Source: an uncultured Methylomirabilota bacterium (GTDB lineage: Bacteria > Methylomirabilota > Methylomirabilia > Methylomirabilales > 2-02-FULL-66-22). From it: a stretch of 64,000 nucleotides of DNA. The stretch covers positions 288,001-352,000 of the forward strand of contig CAWJSJ010000005.1 of assembly GCA_963845565.1 (NCBI GenBank), given 5' to 3'. Below, one piece after another: positions 39,178 to 48,567 of this stretch. The stretch's first letter is position 1, and the number at the start of each line of letters is the position of its first letter. The position numbers and the translations under genes are program-made. The notes under the pieces were generated by a model, which was not told the DNA's origin, searched no databases, and worked only from the letters and a program-made list of their open reading frames with translations.

Positions 39178-40563
39178 TCACCTGCCGTGCCTGGCCCAGT
39201 GGCTTCCGAAAATTGCGTTTTCGTCAGGAAGCACCGCCTCGATTGGCGTGGAGATCCAGGTGGTATTGATGAAATGCTTCCAGGTAATGTTCTCGCTGAC
39301 GATGTTGCCGCCCCACGTGCCGCACCCCAGTGTGAGAGAGAAGGGCATGCCGTTGACGTAGTCGCCGCTGTTGGCATAGCACTGCGGTTGGCGAACCATG
39401 ATGCGGCTGACGGACGCACACATCCCCAGTTCCCGGACGCGGTCATCCCGCGTGGTGTGGATGCTGCATGAGTGGCCGAGACCGCTATAGCCGGTGAGTT
39501 TCTGGACGTAGGCGATCGCTTCGGGAAACGCCCGGAACGTCCAGAGGGTCAAGACCGGGGAGAGCTTTTCCCCCGAGAACGGATCCAGCGGTCCGATAGC
39601 CTCGCCCCGAACCAGAAGGAAGCGGGTGCCTTCGGGAACGGAAAGCCCGGCGGCGGCCGCGATCTTTATGGCAGCCTGGCCGGGGACCTGCTTGTTGAGG
39701 TGCGCCCCGTCGGGCCACATGAAGCGCCGGAGACGCTCCCGCTCCAGGGGGCCACACAGGTGCCCTCCTTCGGCGGCAAAGCGGGTCAGCATCTCCTCGA
39801 GAATCGTCTCGTGGATGACGACGGAGTTTTCGCTGGAACAGGAGGTGGCATTGTCGAACGTCTTGCTCTGGACGATCTTATGGACGGCATCGGCAAGATC
39901 CGCCGTCTCGTCGACGATGCAGATCGAATTGCCGGCCCCGACACCGTACGCGGGGGTACCGCTCGAGTAGGCCGCCTTCACCATGGCGGCGCCGCCCGTG
40001 GCGACGATGAGGTCCACGGCCTGCATCAACTCCTGGGTCGTGGGAATCGACGGCTCGGCGATGCTCTGCACGAGGTCCTCGGGCGCGCCTACCTGCCGCA
40101 GAGCTGCGCGCATGTACCCGCAGGTCAGCGCGGCAGTCCGTTTGGCGGACGGGTGCGGGGCGAAGATGACGGCGTTCCGGCACTTGAGAATGGGCAAGCC
40201 GTTGCAGCAGATCGTCGACGACGCATTGGTCACCGGCGTAAGCGCCCCCACGACGCCCACCGGCTTGGCGAATTTGAGGAGGCCCCGGCGGCGATCCTCC
40301 CCGATGAGCCCCACCGTCTTTGCATCCTGGAGGTCGCGGAGCGTGCCCAAGGTCTTCTTGCGATGCTTGAGGACCTTGTCCTCGTAGATCCCCATGCCGG
40401 TCTCGTCGCACGCCAAGCGGGCGCAGGCCTCCGCGTGCTCGCGTCGGTAGACGGCCCACCCCACCGCCGCGACCATCTCATCAACCTGCGCTTGGGTCCA
40501 GGACTCCACCGCTGCTTGGGCGGCTCGGGCGCGAGCGACGAGGGCTTGTACGGAATCGGTCAT
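39178..40563 (-). CDS. CoA-acylating aldehyde dehydrogenase (SauS/SucD-like)
   Basis: PVTN, ATGG, GVGAGN, FDNATSCSSENS (catalytic Cys), EKLSP, GCGTWG. Confidence 0.88.
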   Translation of the reverse strand: MTDSVQALVARARAAQAAVESWTQAQVDEMVAAVGWAVYRREHAEACARLACDETGMGIYEDKVLKHRKKTLGTLRDLQDAKTVGLIGEDRRRGLLKFAKPVGVVGALTPVTNASSTICCNGLPILKCRNAVIFAPHPSAKRTAALTCGYMRAALRQVGAPEDLVQSIAEPSIPTTQELMQAVDLIVATGGAAMVKAAYSSGTPAYGVGAGNSICIVDETADLADAVHKIVQSKTFDNATSCSSENSVVIHETILEEMLTRFAAEGGHLCGPLERERLRRFMWPDGAHLNKQVPGQAAIKIAAAAGLSVPEGTRFLLVRGEAIGPLDPFSGEKLSPVLTLWTFRAFPEAIAYVQKLTGYSGLGHSCSIHTTRDDRVRELGMCASVSRIMVRQPQCYANSGDYVNGMPFSLTLGCGTWGGNIVSENITWKHFINTTWISTPIEAVLPDENAIFGSHWARHGR

Positions 40564-40579
40564 GGTCGACTCCTTGGCG

Positions 40580-41497
40580 TCACCACAGTCCGAGAATATC
40601 CGTGCTCCGTTCGTGCCGGTCCTCGGCGGTGCGCGGGTGAAATGGGTCTCGTTCACGTCGTGACCAATCGCGTGGCGCGCTGCGTATGTGCTCCCGCATC
40701 GCGCATTCGCACAGGTCGGGGTCGCGCAGTCGCAGAGCCGTCAGAATCCTGCGGTGGCCTTCCGCGGTCCGTCGGCAGGCGTCCCGTTCCGGCTGGGTAC
40801 CCTCGCTGTACCGAAACGCATATTGCCGCAGGGTGACCAATTGCTGATAGATACGGCACTTGTCGCTGATCAAGGCGTGGAGCGCATCGTGGAATCGGGC
40901 GTTCCAGCGGGAGATATCGCATAGGCCCCGTGACGCGACCGCCTCCTCGGTGCTCCGCACGATCTCTCCGAGCCGCTGAAACTGTTGCTCGGTCAAACGG
41001 TCACAAATGACACGCAGGGCGTACCCCTCCAGGACGGCTCGCAGGTCAACCAGTTCCTCCGCGTCCGTCTGCGAGTCGCGGGGAGCGGCGAACCCGCGCG
41101 TCGGGAGGGACGCGATCAGCCCTTCCGATTTGAGCTTGTGGAGGGCCTCCCGGATGGGGGTTCGGCTGATTCCGAGGTCTCTGGACAGCCGCTCTTCGGC
41201 AAGTCGCTGCCCCGGGGAGAACCGGCCGGACAGGACGAGGGCCTTCAGGCGCATGTACGCGTATTCCCTGGCAGGCGTCGCCTTGTGACGGGAAGGTCCG
41301 ATCGCCTCCCATTGCCCCTGACGGGGCCGGCGCCGGAGGCGGCGCGGAGCAATCTCTGCTTCGGGCGTTGGCACTGGGAGGACGATGACGACCGGATCCG
41401 AGACGTGAGGCAGGACGGCGAGGGGTGCGCGGTGTTCCCGCACGCCCTCTTCGCGGACTGCAGTTGCGGTCCCATTGTTGGATGCCGAGGATTCCAT
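40580..41497 (-). CDS. GntR-family regulator (FCD domain); start uncertain
   Basis: PGQRLAEERLSRDLGISRTPIREAL, NARFH, GHRRIL. Confidence 0.88.
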   Translation of the reverse strand: MESSASNNGTATAVREEGVREHRAPLAVLPHVSDPVVIVLPVPTPEAEIAPRRLRRRPRQGQWEAIGPSRHKATPAREYAYMRLKALVLSGRFSPGQRLAEERLSRDLGISRTPIREALHKLKSEGLIASLPTRGFAAPRDSQTDAEELVDLRAVLEGYALRVICDRLTEQQFQRLGEIVRSTEEAVASRGLCDISRWNARFHDALHALISDKCRIYQQLVTLRQYAFRYSEGTQPERDACRRTAEGHRRILTALRLRDPDLCECAMREHIRSAPRDWSRRERDPFHPRTAEDRHERSTDILGLW

Positions 41498-41919
41498 GAA
41501 TGCGGCCTGCCGGTTTTCCGTTCCCTTCGGGTGTTGCGAGGTTGAGCCGATGTCGCGGTGCTGGCGAGGGGTGAAGACGGATGGCCGTGGCATCACCACG
41601 CAGCGCGGGGGAGCCTATATGCTTCGCAAAACATAATCAAGAAAAAACATCTAAAGCCCCTTCCGGCTTTCTCAGTCGTCGGTAAGACGCGAGAGGCCGC
41701 GCGACACGGACGCGCGACCACATGGTGCTTGCGCTGCTTCGCGCGAGCCGCCAGGAAATCACTTGACTATGCTCTCCGGAGCAGATACAGATCAATACGC
41801 CGTGGTGCTGCCTGTCCGATTCTGGCGTCGGTGCGCATCCCGCACGATCCCCTCCGGTGGTCAGTGCGTGAAACACAGCAGGTATAGCGGTGTTGTCCTG
41901 ACGGAAAAGGGAGGCCTGG

Positions 41920-42852
41920 ATGATGGGTAAGGCGTGTGATGGCTGGTCGAGGTGGATGTGCTTTCTGGTCGCGGTCGGCCTTCTCGTGTCGGCGTGTGCG
42001 GTGGCGCCCGCTGGCCCAGGGGCCACGCCCGCCGCGACGCGCGATGTTCTTTTGATGGCCAGCACCATCGGTCCGATTGACGCCGGGATCGTCGGCGCCC
42101 TGGAGGACGCCTATTTCACCAAGACCGGAGTGTTGGTCCGCCACGCGGGCGCTGGAACGGGGGCCGCGCTGGAGATGACGAAGCGGGGCGGCTTTGACCT
42201 CGTGATGGTGCACGCCCGGGCTCTGGAGGACAAGTTCATCGCGGACGGGTTCGGCGTGGACCGCCGGGACGTGATGTACAACGACTTCGTCATCCTGGGA
42301 CCGGCCGCCGATCCAGCCGGAATCAAAGGGGAAAAGCTGGCAGTCAACGCGTTGCGAAAGATCGCCCAGGCTCAGACCCTGTTCGTTACTCGCGGAGACA
42401 ACTCCGGCACGCACGTCAAAGAGGTGGAATTGTGGCAGAAGGCTGGCATCAAACCAGCGGGGGCGTGGTACGTCACTTACGAAAAGGGAGCGTCCGGCAA
42501 CGCCCCGACAACGCGCTATGCCAACGAGCGCCGGGCGTACCTCTTGATGGATCGGGCCACGTACCTTACCCTCAAGAAGGAGATCGGGTTGCAGATCCTA
42601 GTGGAGAAGGACCCGGACCTCCTGAACTATATCGCTGTCATTCGGATGAACCCTGCCAAGTTCCCGAAGGCGAATACGGCTGGCGCGAGGGACTTCGTGG
42701 ATTGGTTGGTGTCGGATGAGGCGCAAAGGCTGATCAAGTCGTTCGGTGTGACTCAGCACGGTGAATCGCTCTTCTTCCCGAACTCGGAGGAGTGGCGAAG
42801 GAAGCACCTGCGTAATAGGCCGCGTGGCGAGGTGTTGTTGACTGTGGGTTGA
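41920..42852 (+). CDS. TupA-like oxyanion-binding lipoprotein, variant copy
   Basis: Lipobox VSAC; ASTIGPIDAG, GTGAAL, VHARALE, YNDF, RGDNSGTH, DRAT. Confidence 0.85.
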   Translation: MMGKACDGWSRWMCFLVAVGLLVSACAVAPAGPGATPAATRDVLLMASTIGPIDAGIVGALEDAYFTKTGVLVRHAGAGTGAALEMTKRGGFDLVMVHARALEDKFIADGFGVDRRDVMYNDFVILGPAADPAGIKGEKLAVNALRKIAQAQTLFVTRGDNSGTHVKEVELWQKAGIKPAGAWYVTYEKGASGNAPTTRYANERRAYLLMDRATYLTLKKEIGLQILVEKDPDLLNYIAVIRMNPAKFPKANTAGARDFVDWLVSDEAQRLIKSFGVTQHGESLFFPNSEEWRRKHLRNRPRGEVLLTVG

Positions 42853-42917
42853 GCCGGTCCGAAATTCGCTGGCCAAGCACCACGGTGGGGTGGCTTGGCC
42901 ATGACAAGGAGGAGACC

Positions 42918-43781
42918 ATGGGGCGGATGATGGCTGCGATTTCGCGAAGAACTCTCGTTGTCGGTCTGAGTCTCGCCGTAGTATTCGGCGGGCTGATTGC
43001 GACGTCCTCGGTGTGGGCGGGGCAGGCGGTGATTCTGTCCACGACCACCAGCACGCAGGATTCCGGGTTGCTGGACGTGCTGGTGCCGCTGTTCGAGAAG
43101 AAGACAGGGTACTCGGTGAAGACGATTTCGGTGGGCACGGGGCAGGCGTTGGCGCTGGCGGCGAAGGGCGAAGCGGACGTGTGCCTGGTGCATGCGCCGG
43201 ACTCGGAGAAGAAATACGTCGCGGACGGCCTGCTGGTCAATCGCCGGTTGGTGATGCACAATGATTTCCTGATCGTGGGCCCGGCGACGGATCCCGCCAA
43301 GATCAAGGGAATGGCCAGCGCGGTGGAGGCCATGCGGCGGGTCGCGGAGGCGAAGGCGACCTTCGTGTCGCGCGGCGACAACTCGGGGACGCATCAACTG
43401 GAAAAGAAACTGTGGCAAGAAGCGAAGGTGACGCCGGAAGGCGCCTGGTATCTCCAGGCGGGGCAGGGCATGGGCGCGACGCTGGGGATCGGCTCGGAGA
43501 AGCAGGGGTACGTCCTCACCGACCGGGCCACCTTCCTGGCGTTCACCAAGCGGGTTCAGCTCGTACCCATGGTGGAGCGCGACCGGATCCTTCTGAACAT
43601 CTACTCGGTGCTGGAACCCAACCCGGCCAAGTTCCCGCGCATCAACGCCACGGGCGGAAAGGCGTTTGCGGACTTCATGGTCTCGGCAGAGGTCCAGGAT
43701 ATCATCCGCACGTTCGGCGTGGACAAGTTCGGCGAGCCGCTGTTTTTCCCGGATGCGGGCAAGCGGGAAGAGAGCCTGTAA
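42918..43781 (+). CDS. tupA: Tungstate ABC transporter substrate-binding protein
   Basis: Canonical TTTS motif, VHAP, HNDF, SRGDNSGTH, DRATF. Confidence 0.92.
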   Translation: MGRMMAAISRRTLVVGLSLAVVFGGLIATSSVWAGQAVILSTTTSTQDSGLLDVLVPLFEKKTGYSVKTISVGTGQALALAAKGEADVCLVHAPDSEKKYVADGLLVNRRLVMHNDFLIVGPATDPAKIKGMASAVEAMRRVAEAKATFVSRGDNSGTHQLEKKLWQEAKVTPEGAWYLQAGQGMGATLGIGSEKQGYVLTDRATFLAFTKRVQLVPMVERDRILLNIYSVLEPNPAKFPRINATGGKAFADFMVSAEVQDIIRTFGVDKFGEPLFFPDAGKREESL

Positions 43782-43954
43782 CAGGCCGCTGAAAAAGGCC
43801 CATCTGCGGCGTTGGCGCGCTCGGGCAGTCGTTGCGGCGTACCTGAGCGTGAGGCGTGTGGAACGGCGCTCGGCAGTCGTTGCGGCGTACCTGAAGTACG
43901 CCTCACTCCGTCCTTTGCGTGCCGCCTTGCATCTGGACCTTTTTGAGCAGCCTG
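43782..43954. mobile_element. MITE-like element family A, copy 1 (with internal duplication)
   Basis: Ends CAGGCCGCTGAAAAAGG / CCTTTTTGAGCAGCCTG; similar to 46228..46352; ggcagtcgttgcggcgtacctga occurs twice. Confidence 0.7.
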
Positions 43955-43984
43955 CGGGACGTGGGGATTTCTGTTTCTTGAAGG

Positions 43985-44012
43985 AATGACCAATGACCAA
44001 GTCCCAATGAAC
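43985..44012 (+). repeat. Degenerate heptamer tandem repeat (AATGACC)
   Basis: aatgacc aatgacc aagtccc aatgaac. Confidence 0.6.
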
Positions 44013-44077
44013 GGGATTGCTGCCTCCGACGCCGTTGGTTATTGGCTCATCGGGGCTTCGTTATTGCTGGGGCGAGC

Positions 44078-44776
44078 ATGGAACTGATCTGGCAGGGGGT
44101 TCTGGAGGCGTTGCGCCTCATTCTATCGGGAGATCCGGGGGTCCTCCGCATTACCTGGCTCTCGATCCAGATCTCTGGCGTGGCCACGCTTCTCAGCCTC
44201 GTCGCGGGCATCCCGGCGGGAGTGGGTTTGGCTCTGGCGCGGTTCCCTGGGCGGGGCCTTCTGGTCGCTCTTGTGAACACTGGGATGGGGCTGCCTCCGG
44301 TAGTCGTCGGCCTCTTCGTCAGCATCTTCCTCTGGCGAAGCGGACCCCTGGGTACTCTGGAGCTTCTCTACACGCCTGCGGCGATCGTGATCGCCCAGTT
44401 CGTGATCGCCGCCCCGATTGTCACGGGTCTCACCATCGCTGCGATGCAGCAGCTCAACCCGAAACTGCGGCTTCAGTTCATGGGGCTGGGTGCCTCGCGC
44501 GGGCAGGTGCTCTGGCTTCTCATGCGCGAAGCGCGGCTGCCCCTGCTCGCGGCGGTCATGGCGGGTTTCGGGGGGGTGATTTCGGAGGTCGGGGCCTCCA
44601 TGATGGTCGGCGGAAACCTGTTGGGCCAGACGCGGGTTCTCACTACGGCCACCGTCCTCGAGACGGGAAAAGGGAATTTCGACGTCGCCATCGCCCTGAG
44701 TGTCATCCTGCTCGCATTGGTCTTCGGGGTCACCTACCTACTGACGTGGATTCAACAGCGAGGGCGAACCTCGTGA
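44078..44776 (+). CDS. tupB: Tungstate ABC transporter permease
   Basis: GLPPVVVGL, ISEVGASMMVGGN, TRVLTTA. Confidence 0.93.
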   Translation: MELIWQGVLEALRLILSGDPGVLRITWLSIQISGVATLLSLVAGIPAGVGLALARFPGRGLLVALVNTGMGLPPVVVGLFVSIFLWRSGPLGTLELLYTPAAIVIAQFVIAAPIVTGLTIAAMQQLNPKLRLQFMGLGASRGQVLWLLMREARLPLLAAVMAGFGGVISEVGASMMVGGNLLGQTRVLTTATVLETGKGNFDVAIALSVILLALVFGVTYLLTWIQQRGRTS

Positions 44777-45864
44777 CCATCCCCATTCTGGAGGGGCGCG
44801 ACCTGCGTGTCACCTATGGTGATGCGACCGCCCTCGTTGTGCCCTCGGTCGAGGTTGCAGACGAAGAGGTTCTGGCTCTCATCGGTCCGAACGGCGCCGG
44901 GAAGTCCACTCTGCTGCGGGTCCTGGGGCTGTTGGAGCGGCCAGCGTCCGGGACGGTTCGTTTTCGGGGGGCCCCGGTGCCGTGGGGCGGACAGGAAGCG
45001 CTGACCATCCGTCGCCGGTTCGCCTGCGTCTTCCAGGAACCGCTGCTGTGTGACGGATCCGTCGAGACCAACGTGGCGCTCGGCCTGCGGCTTCACCATC
45101 GGTCCTCCGGCGAAACGGCGACTCAGGTAAGGGTATGGCTCGAGCGTCTGGGGATCGCTCATCTGGCCTCCCGGCGGGCTCGCACCCTCTCCGGCGGCGA
45201 GGCCCAGCGGACTAGCCTGGCGAGGGCCTTCGCTCTTCGACCCGACGTTCTCCTGCTGGACGAGCCGTTCGCCGCGCTGGATCCGCCGACGCGTGCCGAG
45301 TTGCTTGGACAGTTGCAGGATCTGCTCCGTCACGAGGCGTGCACGACCGTGTTCGTGACGCATGATCGGGAGGAGGCGATGCGACTTGGCGATCGCGTCG
45401 CCGTGCTCGTGGACGGCCGCGTCCGCCAGGTCGGGACACCGGCGGAGGTGTTTGGACGGCCCGTCTCGGAGGACGTCGCTCGATTCGTCGGCATGGAAAC
45501 CATCTTGCCGGGCCGGGTCCTGGCCAGCCAGGATGGCTTGCTCACGGTCGATGTGGAAGGAACGCCGATCACAGCCCTCGGGAAGGCCGGCGTGGGCGAG
45601 CCGGTCTTCGTCGGTCTTCGTCCCGAGGACGTCACCCTGCGCCCCCGGGATGGTCGCGCGGTGTCCGACAGCGCGCGGAACCGTCTGGAGGGTTGCGTCG
45701 CGGCCGCCGTCCGACTGGAAGCGCAATACCGGGTCGAGATTTCCTGCGGGCCTCGGCTGGTGGCCCTCGTGACCAAGCAATCTTTCGAAGAGCTGGACCT
45801 CGTTCCGGGCCGCCAAGTCCTTGCCACGTTCAAGGCGTCGGCCGTCCATCTCATCCGCCGCTGA
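44773..45864 (+). CDS. tupC: Tungstate ABC transporter ATP-binding protein with TOBE domains
   Basis: GPNGAGKST, LSGGEAQR, DEPFAALD, SARNRLEG, FKASAVH. Confidence 0.9.
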   Translation: MTIPILEGRDLRVTYGDATALVVPSVEVADEEVLALIGPNGAGKSTLLRVLGLLERPASGTVRFRGAPVPWGGQEALTIRRRFACVFQEPLLCDGSVETNVALGLRLHHRSSGETATQVRVWLERLGIAHLASRRARTLSGGEAQRTSLARAFALRPDVLLLDEPFAALDPPTRAELLGQLQDLLRHEACTTVFVTHDREEAMRLGDRVAVLVDGRVRQVGTPAEVFGRPVSEDVARFVGMETILPGRVLASQDGLLTVDVEGTPITALGKAGVGEPVFVGLRPEDVTLRPRDGRAVSDSARNRLEGCVAAAVRLEAQYRVEISCGPRLVALVTKQSFEELDLVPGRQVLATFKASAVHLIRR

Positions 45865-46014
45865 CGTCGTCCCGTCACCGTTCTCCGCATGTGCCATCCT
45901 TCCTTGTGTCCGCCAGGCTATTGAGGCATACTCCAACAGAAAAGCGGGGCTCGATTTCCGCCACTCCCGGCGGACATCGGAAGGCCGCCGGTCGTCGACA
46001 AGGAGGACGCAACC

Positions 46015-46227
46015 ATGAAAATCAGCGCGCGAAACACACTGAAGGGTGTGGTGAAACGCATCGAGCAGGGGGCCGTGAATACTGAGGTCACGATCGAGCT
46101 GCCCGGGGGAATCGAGATCGTCTCGATCATCACGAAGCGATCGGTGGCCGACCTCGGTCTGGCGGTCGGGAAGCCGGCGTACGCGGTCGTCAAGGCGTCC
46201 AGCGTGATGCTGGCGGTCGATCATTAG
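46015..46227 (+). CDS. mop: Molybdate/tungstate-binding Mop (molbindin) protein
   Basis: MKISARN, SIIT, VKASSV; 70 aa. Confidence 0.93.
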   Translation: MKISARNTLKGVVKRIEQGAVNTEVTIELPGGIEIVSIITKRSVADLGLAVGKPAYAVVKASSVMLAVDH

Positions 46228-46380
46228 CAGGCTGCTGAAAACGGCCCATCTGCGGCGTTGGCTTGCTCGGGCGCTCGTTGCGGCGTACCGGAAGTACGCC
46301 TCACTCGGCCCATCGCGCGCCGCCTTGCATCTGGACCTTTTTGAGCAGCCTGGGCAAAAACGGGTTCTTTCAGCATCCTG
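46228..46380. mobile_element. MITE-like element family A, copy 2
   Basis: CAGGCTGCTGAAAA start; inverted ends TTTTGAGCAGCCTG (46352) and TTTCAGCATCCTG (46380). Confidence 0.7.
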
Positions 46381-46486
46381 TCAGGTGCCGTTACGAAATA
46401 GCGTGTCCGTTTTCTGTAATTTCGTTACGGCTCCTTATGCCGTTTCCGGAATTTCTCCGGTCAAGTTGTTCTTTGACAACGGCTTA
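46381..46486. mobile_element. MITE-like element family B, copy 1
   Basis: AT-rich ~105 bp with internal inverted GCCGTTACGAAAT / ATTTCGTTACGGC; reverse complement of 49021..49125. Confidence 0.7.
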
Positions 46487-46550
46487 ATCGGGAAACAGGG
46501 CCTGTGCAGCGAGTGACGACGAGAGAGTCGAGGCAAAGGAACGCTCAGCC

Positions 46551-47642
46551 ATGGTGACAGAGCAAGATGTAATTCGAATTTTGTCCGAGGTCCAAGACCC
46601 GGAAATCCACCGGGACTTGGTGTCCCTCGGGATGATCCGCGACCTCAAGGTGGATGGGTCGAACGTCAGCTTCGAGGTCGTCCTGACCACGCCCGCCTGT
46701 CCGTTGAAGACTCAGATCGAACAGGATTGTCGCGCGGCCCTGGCGCGCGTTCCCGGCATCGGGCGGATCGACATCCGGATGGGGGCCAAGGTGGTCGCCG
46801 CCGGCCCGATGGCGGGACCCGGGGGGATTCCGGGGGTCAAGAACAGCATCGCCATCGCGTCCGGCAAAGGGGGTGTGGGCAAGTCCACGGTGAGCGTGAA
46901 TCTGGCAGTGGCGCTGGCCGAAGCCGGCGCCAAGGTCGGCCTCTTGGATGCCGACGTCTACGGGCCCAGCATCCCGCTGATGATGGGAATCCACCGGATG
47001 CCGGAGATGGATGAGGAGCAGCGCATTCTCCCGCTGGAGGCGCACGGCGTGAAGCTCATGTCGCTCGGCTTCGTCTTGCCGGATTCCTCCACGCCGGTGA
47101 TCTGGCGCGGCCCCATGATCGCCAAGACCCTGAATCAGTTCCTCCGCCAGGTGCGGTGGGGGGACCTGGATTACCTGCTCCTCGACCTGCCGCCGGGAAC
47201 CGGCGACGCCCAGTTGACGCTGTGCCAGACGCTGGCCATGTCCGGCGTGGTCATCGTGACGACGCCGCAGGATGTGGCCATGACGATTGCCAGCCGGGTG
47301 CTGGTGATGTTCCGTAACATGAAGGTGCCGATCCTCGGCATCGTGGAAAACATGAGCACATTCGTGTGTCCGACCTGCCACCATGAGACGCCGATCTTCA
47401 GTCGGGGCGGCGGGCGGAAGGCCAGCGAGCAGCTGGGGGTGCCGTTTTTGGGAGAGATCCCCCTGGATGGCGACCTCTGCGAGGGCGGGGACGACGGACG
47501 CCCCGTGGTCATGAGAAACCCTGCCTCTCCGGCGGCCGCGGTGTTTCGCGAGGTGGCTCGGAGTCTCGCCGGTCGGGTGAGCGTCGAGGCTCTTAGGTTG
47601 CAGGAGGGATCCGGTCCGCCCTCTCCCGCCGTCGCGTCGTAG
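46551..47642 (+). CDS. apbC: Mrp/NBP35 (ApbC) Fe-S cluster carrier ATPase
   Basis: DUF59-like N-terminus (DPE, TTPACP), GKGGVGKS, DLPPGTGD, ENMS-CPTC. Confidence 0.93.
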   Translation: MVTEQDVIRILSEVQDPEIHRDLVSLGMIRDLKVDGSNVSFEVVLTTPACPLKTQIEQDCRAALARVPGIGRIDIRMGAKVVAAGPMAGPGGIPGVKNSIAIASGKGGVGKSTVSVNLAVALAEAGAKVGLLDADVYGPSIPLMMGIHRMPEMDEEQRILPLEAHGVKLMSLGFVLPDSSTPVIWRGPMIAKTLNQFLRQVRWGDLDYLLLDLPPGTGDAQLTLCQTLAMSGVVIVTTPQDVAMTIASRVLVMFRNMKVPILGIVENMSTFVCPTCHHETPIFSRGGGRKASEQLGVPFLGEIPLDGDLCEGGDDGRPVVMRNPASPAAAVFREVARSLAGRVSVEALRLQEGSGPPSPAVAS

Positions 47643-48033
47643 AGGTCCGAGGAACGCGAATCGGCATGGAGCAGGGGAGACCCCGGTTGCCCGACACCGG
47701 CCCCTCATGCTCTTCCCAGGTTTCTCTGCCGATACACCGGCGTTTTGCGTGATTGTAAGTTTTACATAGTAGGAACAACCATCGAGGCGCCAGGATGGGC
47801 CATCGCCGGGGTGCTACCACCCCATAACACATGATTCTTTCTGACGATCTGGTCGCAAGGCTCGACGAGTGCCCTTCGGTACGAAACCTGCCCTTAACAA
47901 ACCTCCGGTGCGAGAAGCGGACTCCGGGGCGGTGGTTCTCTGCGGGACTGCCCATACCGGCGGCCCCGGCTGCGACGGTCCAGTCTGCGGTAGGGAACAT
48001 GGAATCTTACGGACATCTAGGAGGGCTCAAGAC

Positions 48034-48561
48034 ATGGCATTGTTTGCGCAAACCCCGCGAAAAGACGAAACCGTAACGACAAAAGTGGAGCCGAAAGGTG
48101 ACGCCATGCAACAAAGTCCCGCACCAACACCACCAAGCCCCGTGCGACGCGTGGAAGAGCCGCATGTCGCGACAGTGCCGGGAAAACCGTCGGAATCCGT
48201 CCTGTCTGCGGGTCTGACGATCGAGGGGAAGATCGAAGGAAGCGGGAACGTCCGGGTGGCGGGCCGTTTCAAGGGCAACATCAACGTCAAGGGCGAGTTC
48301 ACCATCGAGTCCGGCGCGTCGATTGACGGCGAGGTGCGCGCGGAAACCGTCTTCGTCGGTGGCGAGGTGCGCGGCCAGATCATCGCGTCGTCCCGCGTCG
48401 AGTTCAAGGAGTCCGGCACGCTCGTCGGTGATCTGAAGGCGGGGAGCCTGACGGTGGCCGCCGGGTCGAAGATGCGGGGCAAGGTCGAGTTCGGGTGGAA
48501 AGAGGGTGAAATCGAGGACACCGCCCCCCACGAGAGCGGTGGTCCGCTTCTCCGACGGTAG
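48034..48561 (+). CDS. Bactofilin (polymer-forming cytoskeletal protein)
   Basis: SVLSAGLTIEGKI...GSKMRGKVEF beta-helix repeats; AGGAGG RBS. Confidence 0.9.
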   Translation: MALFAQTPRKDETVTTKVEPKGDAMQQSPAPTPPSPVRRVEEPHVATVPGKPSESVLSAGLTIEGKIEGSGNVRVAGRFKGNINVKGEFTIESGASIDGEVRAETVFVGGEVRGQIIASSRVEFKESGTLVGDLKAGSLTVAAGSKMRGKVEFGWKEGEIEDTAPHESGGPLLRR

Positions 48562-48567
48562 GGATCC

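Noticed and set aside
41810..41920. Possible Moco/Wco riboswitch before tupA
   Set aside because: Context fits, but I could not match the conserved elements by eye; an Infernal/Rfam scan would decide
43820..43900. Two ~23-bp direct repeats with a spacer, CRISPR-like
   Set aside because: Only two units, inside a MITE-like element, and no cas genes
47755..47768. AT-rich near-palindrome TGTAAGTTTTACA
   Set aside because: Single instance with no assignable regulator
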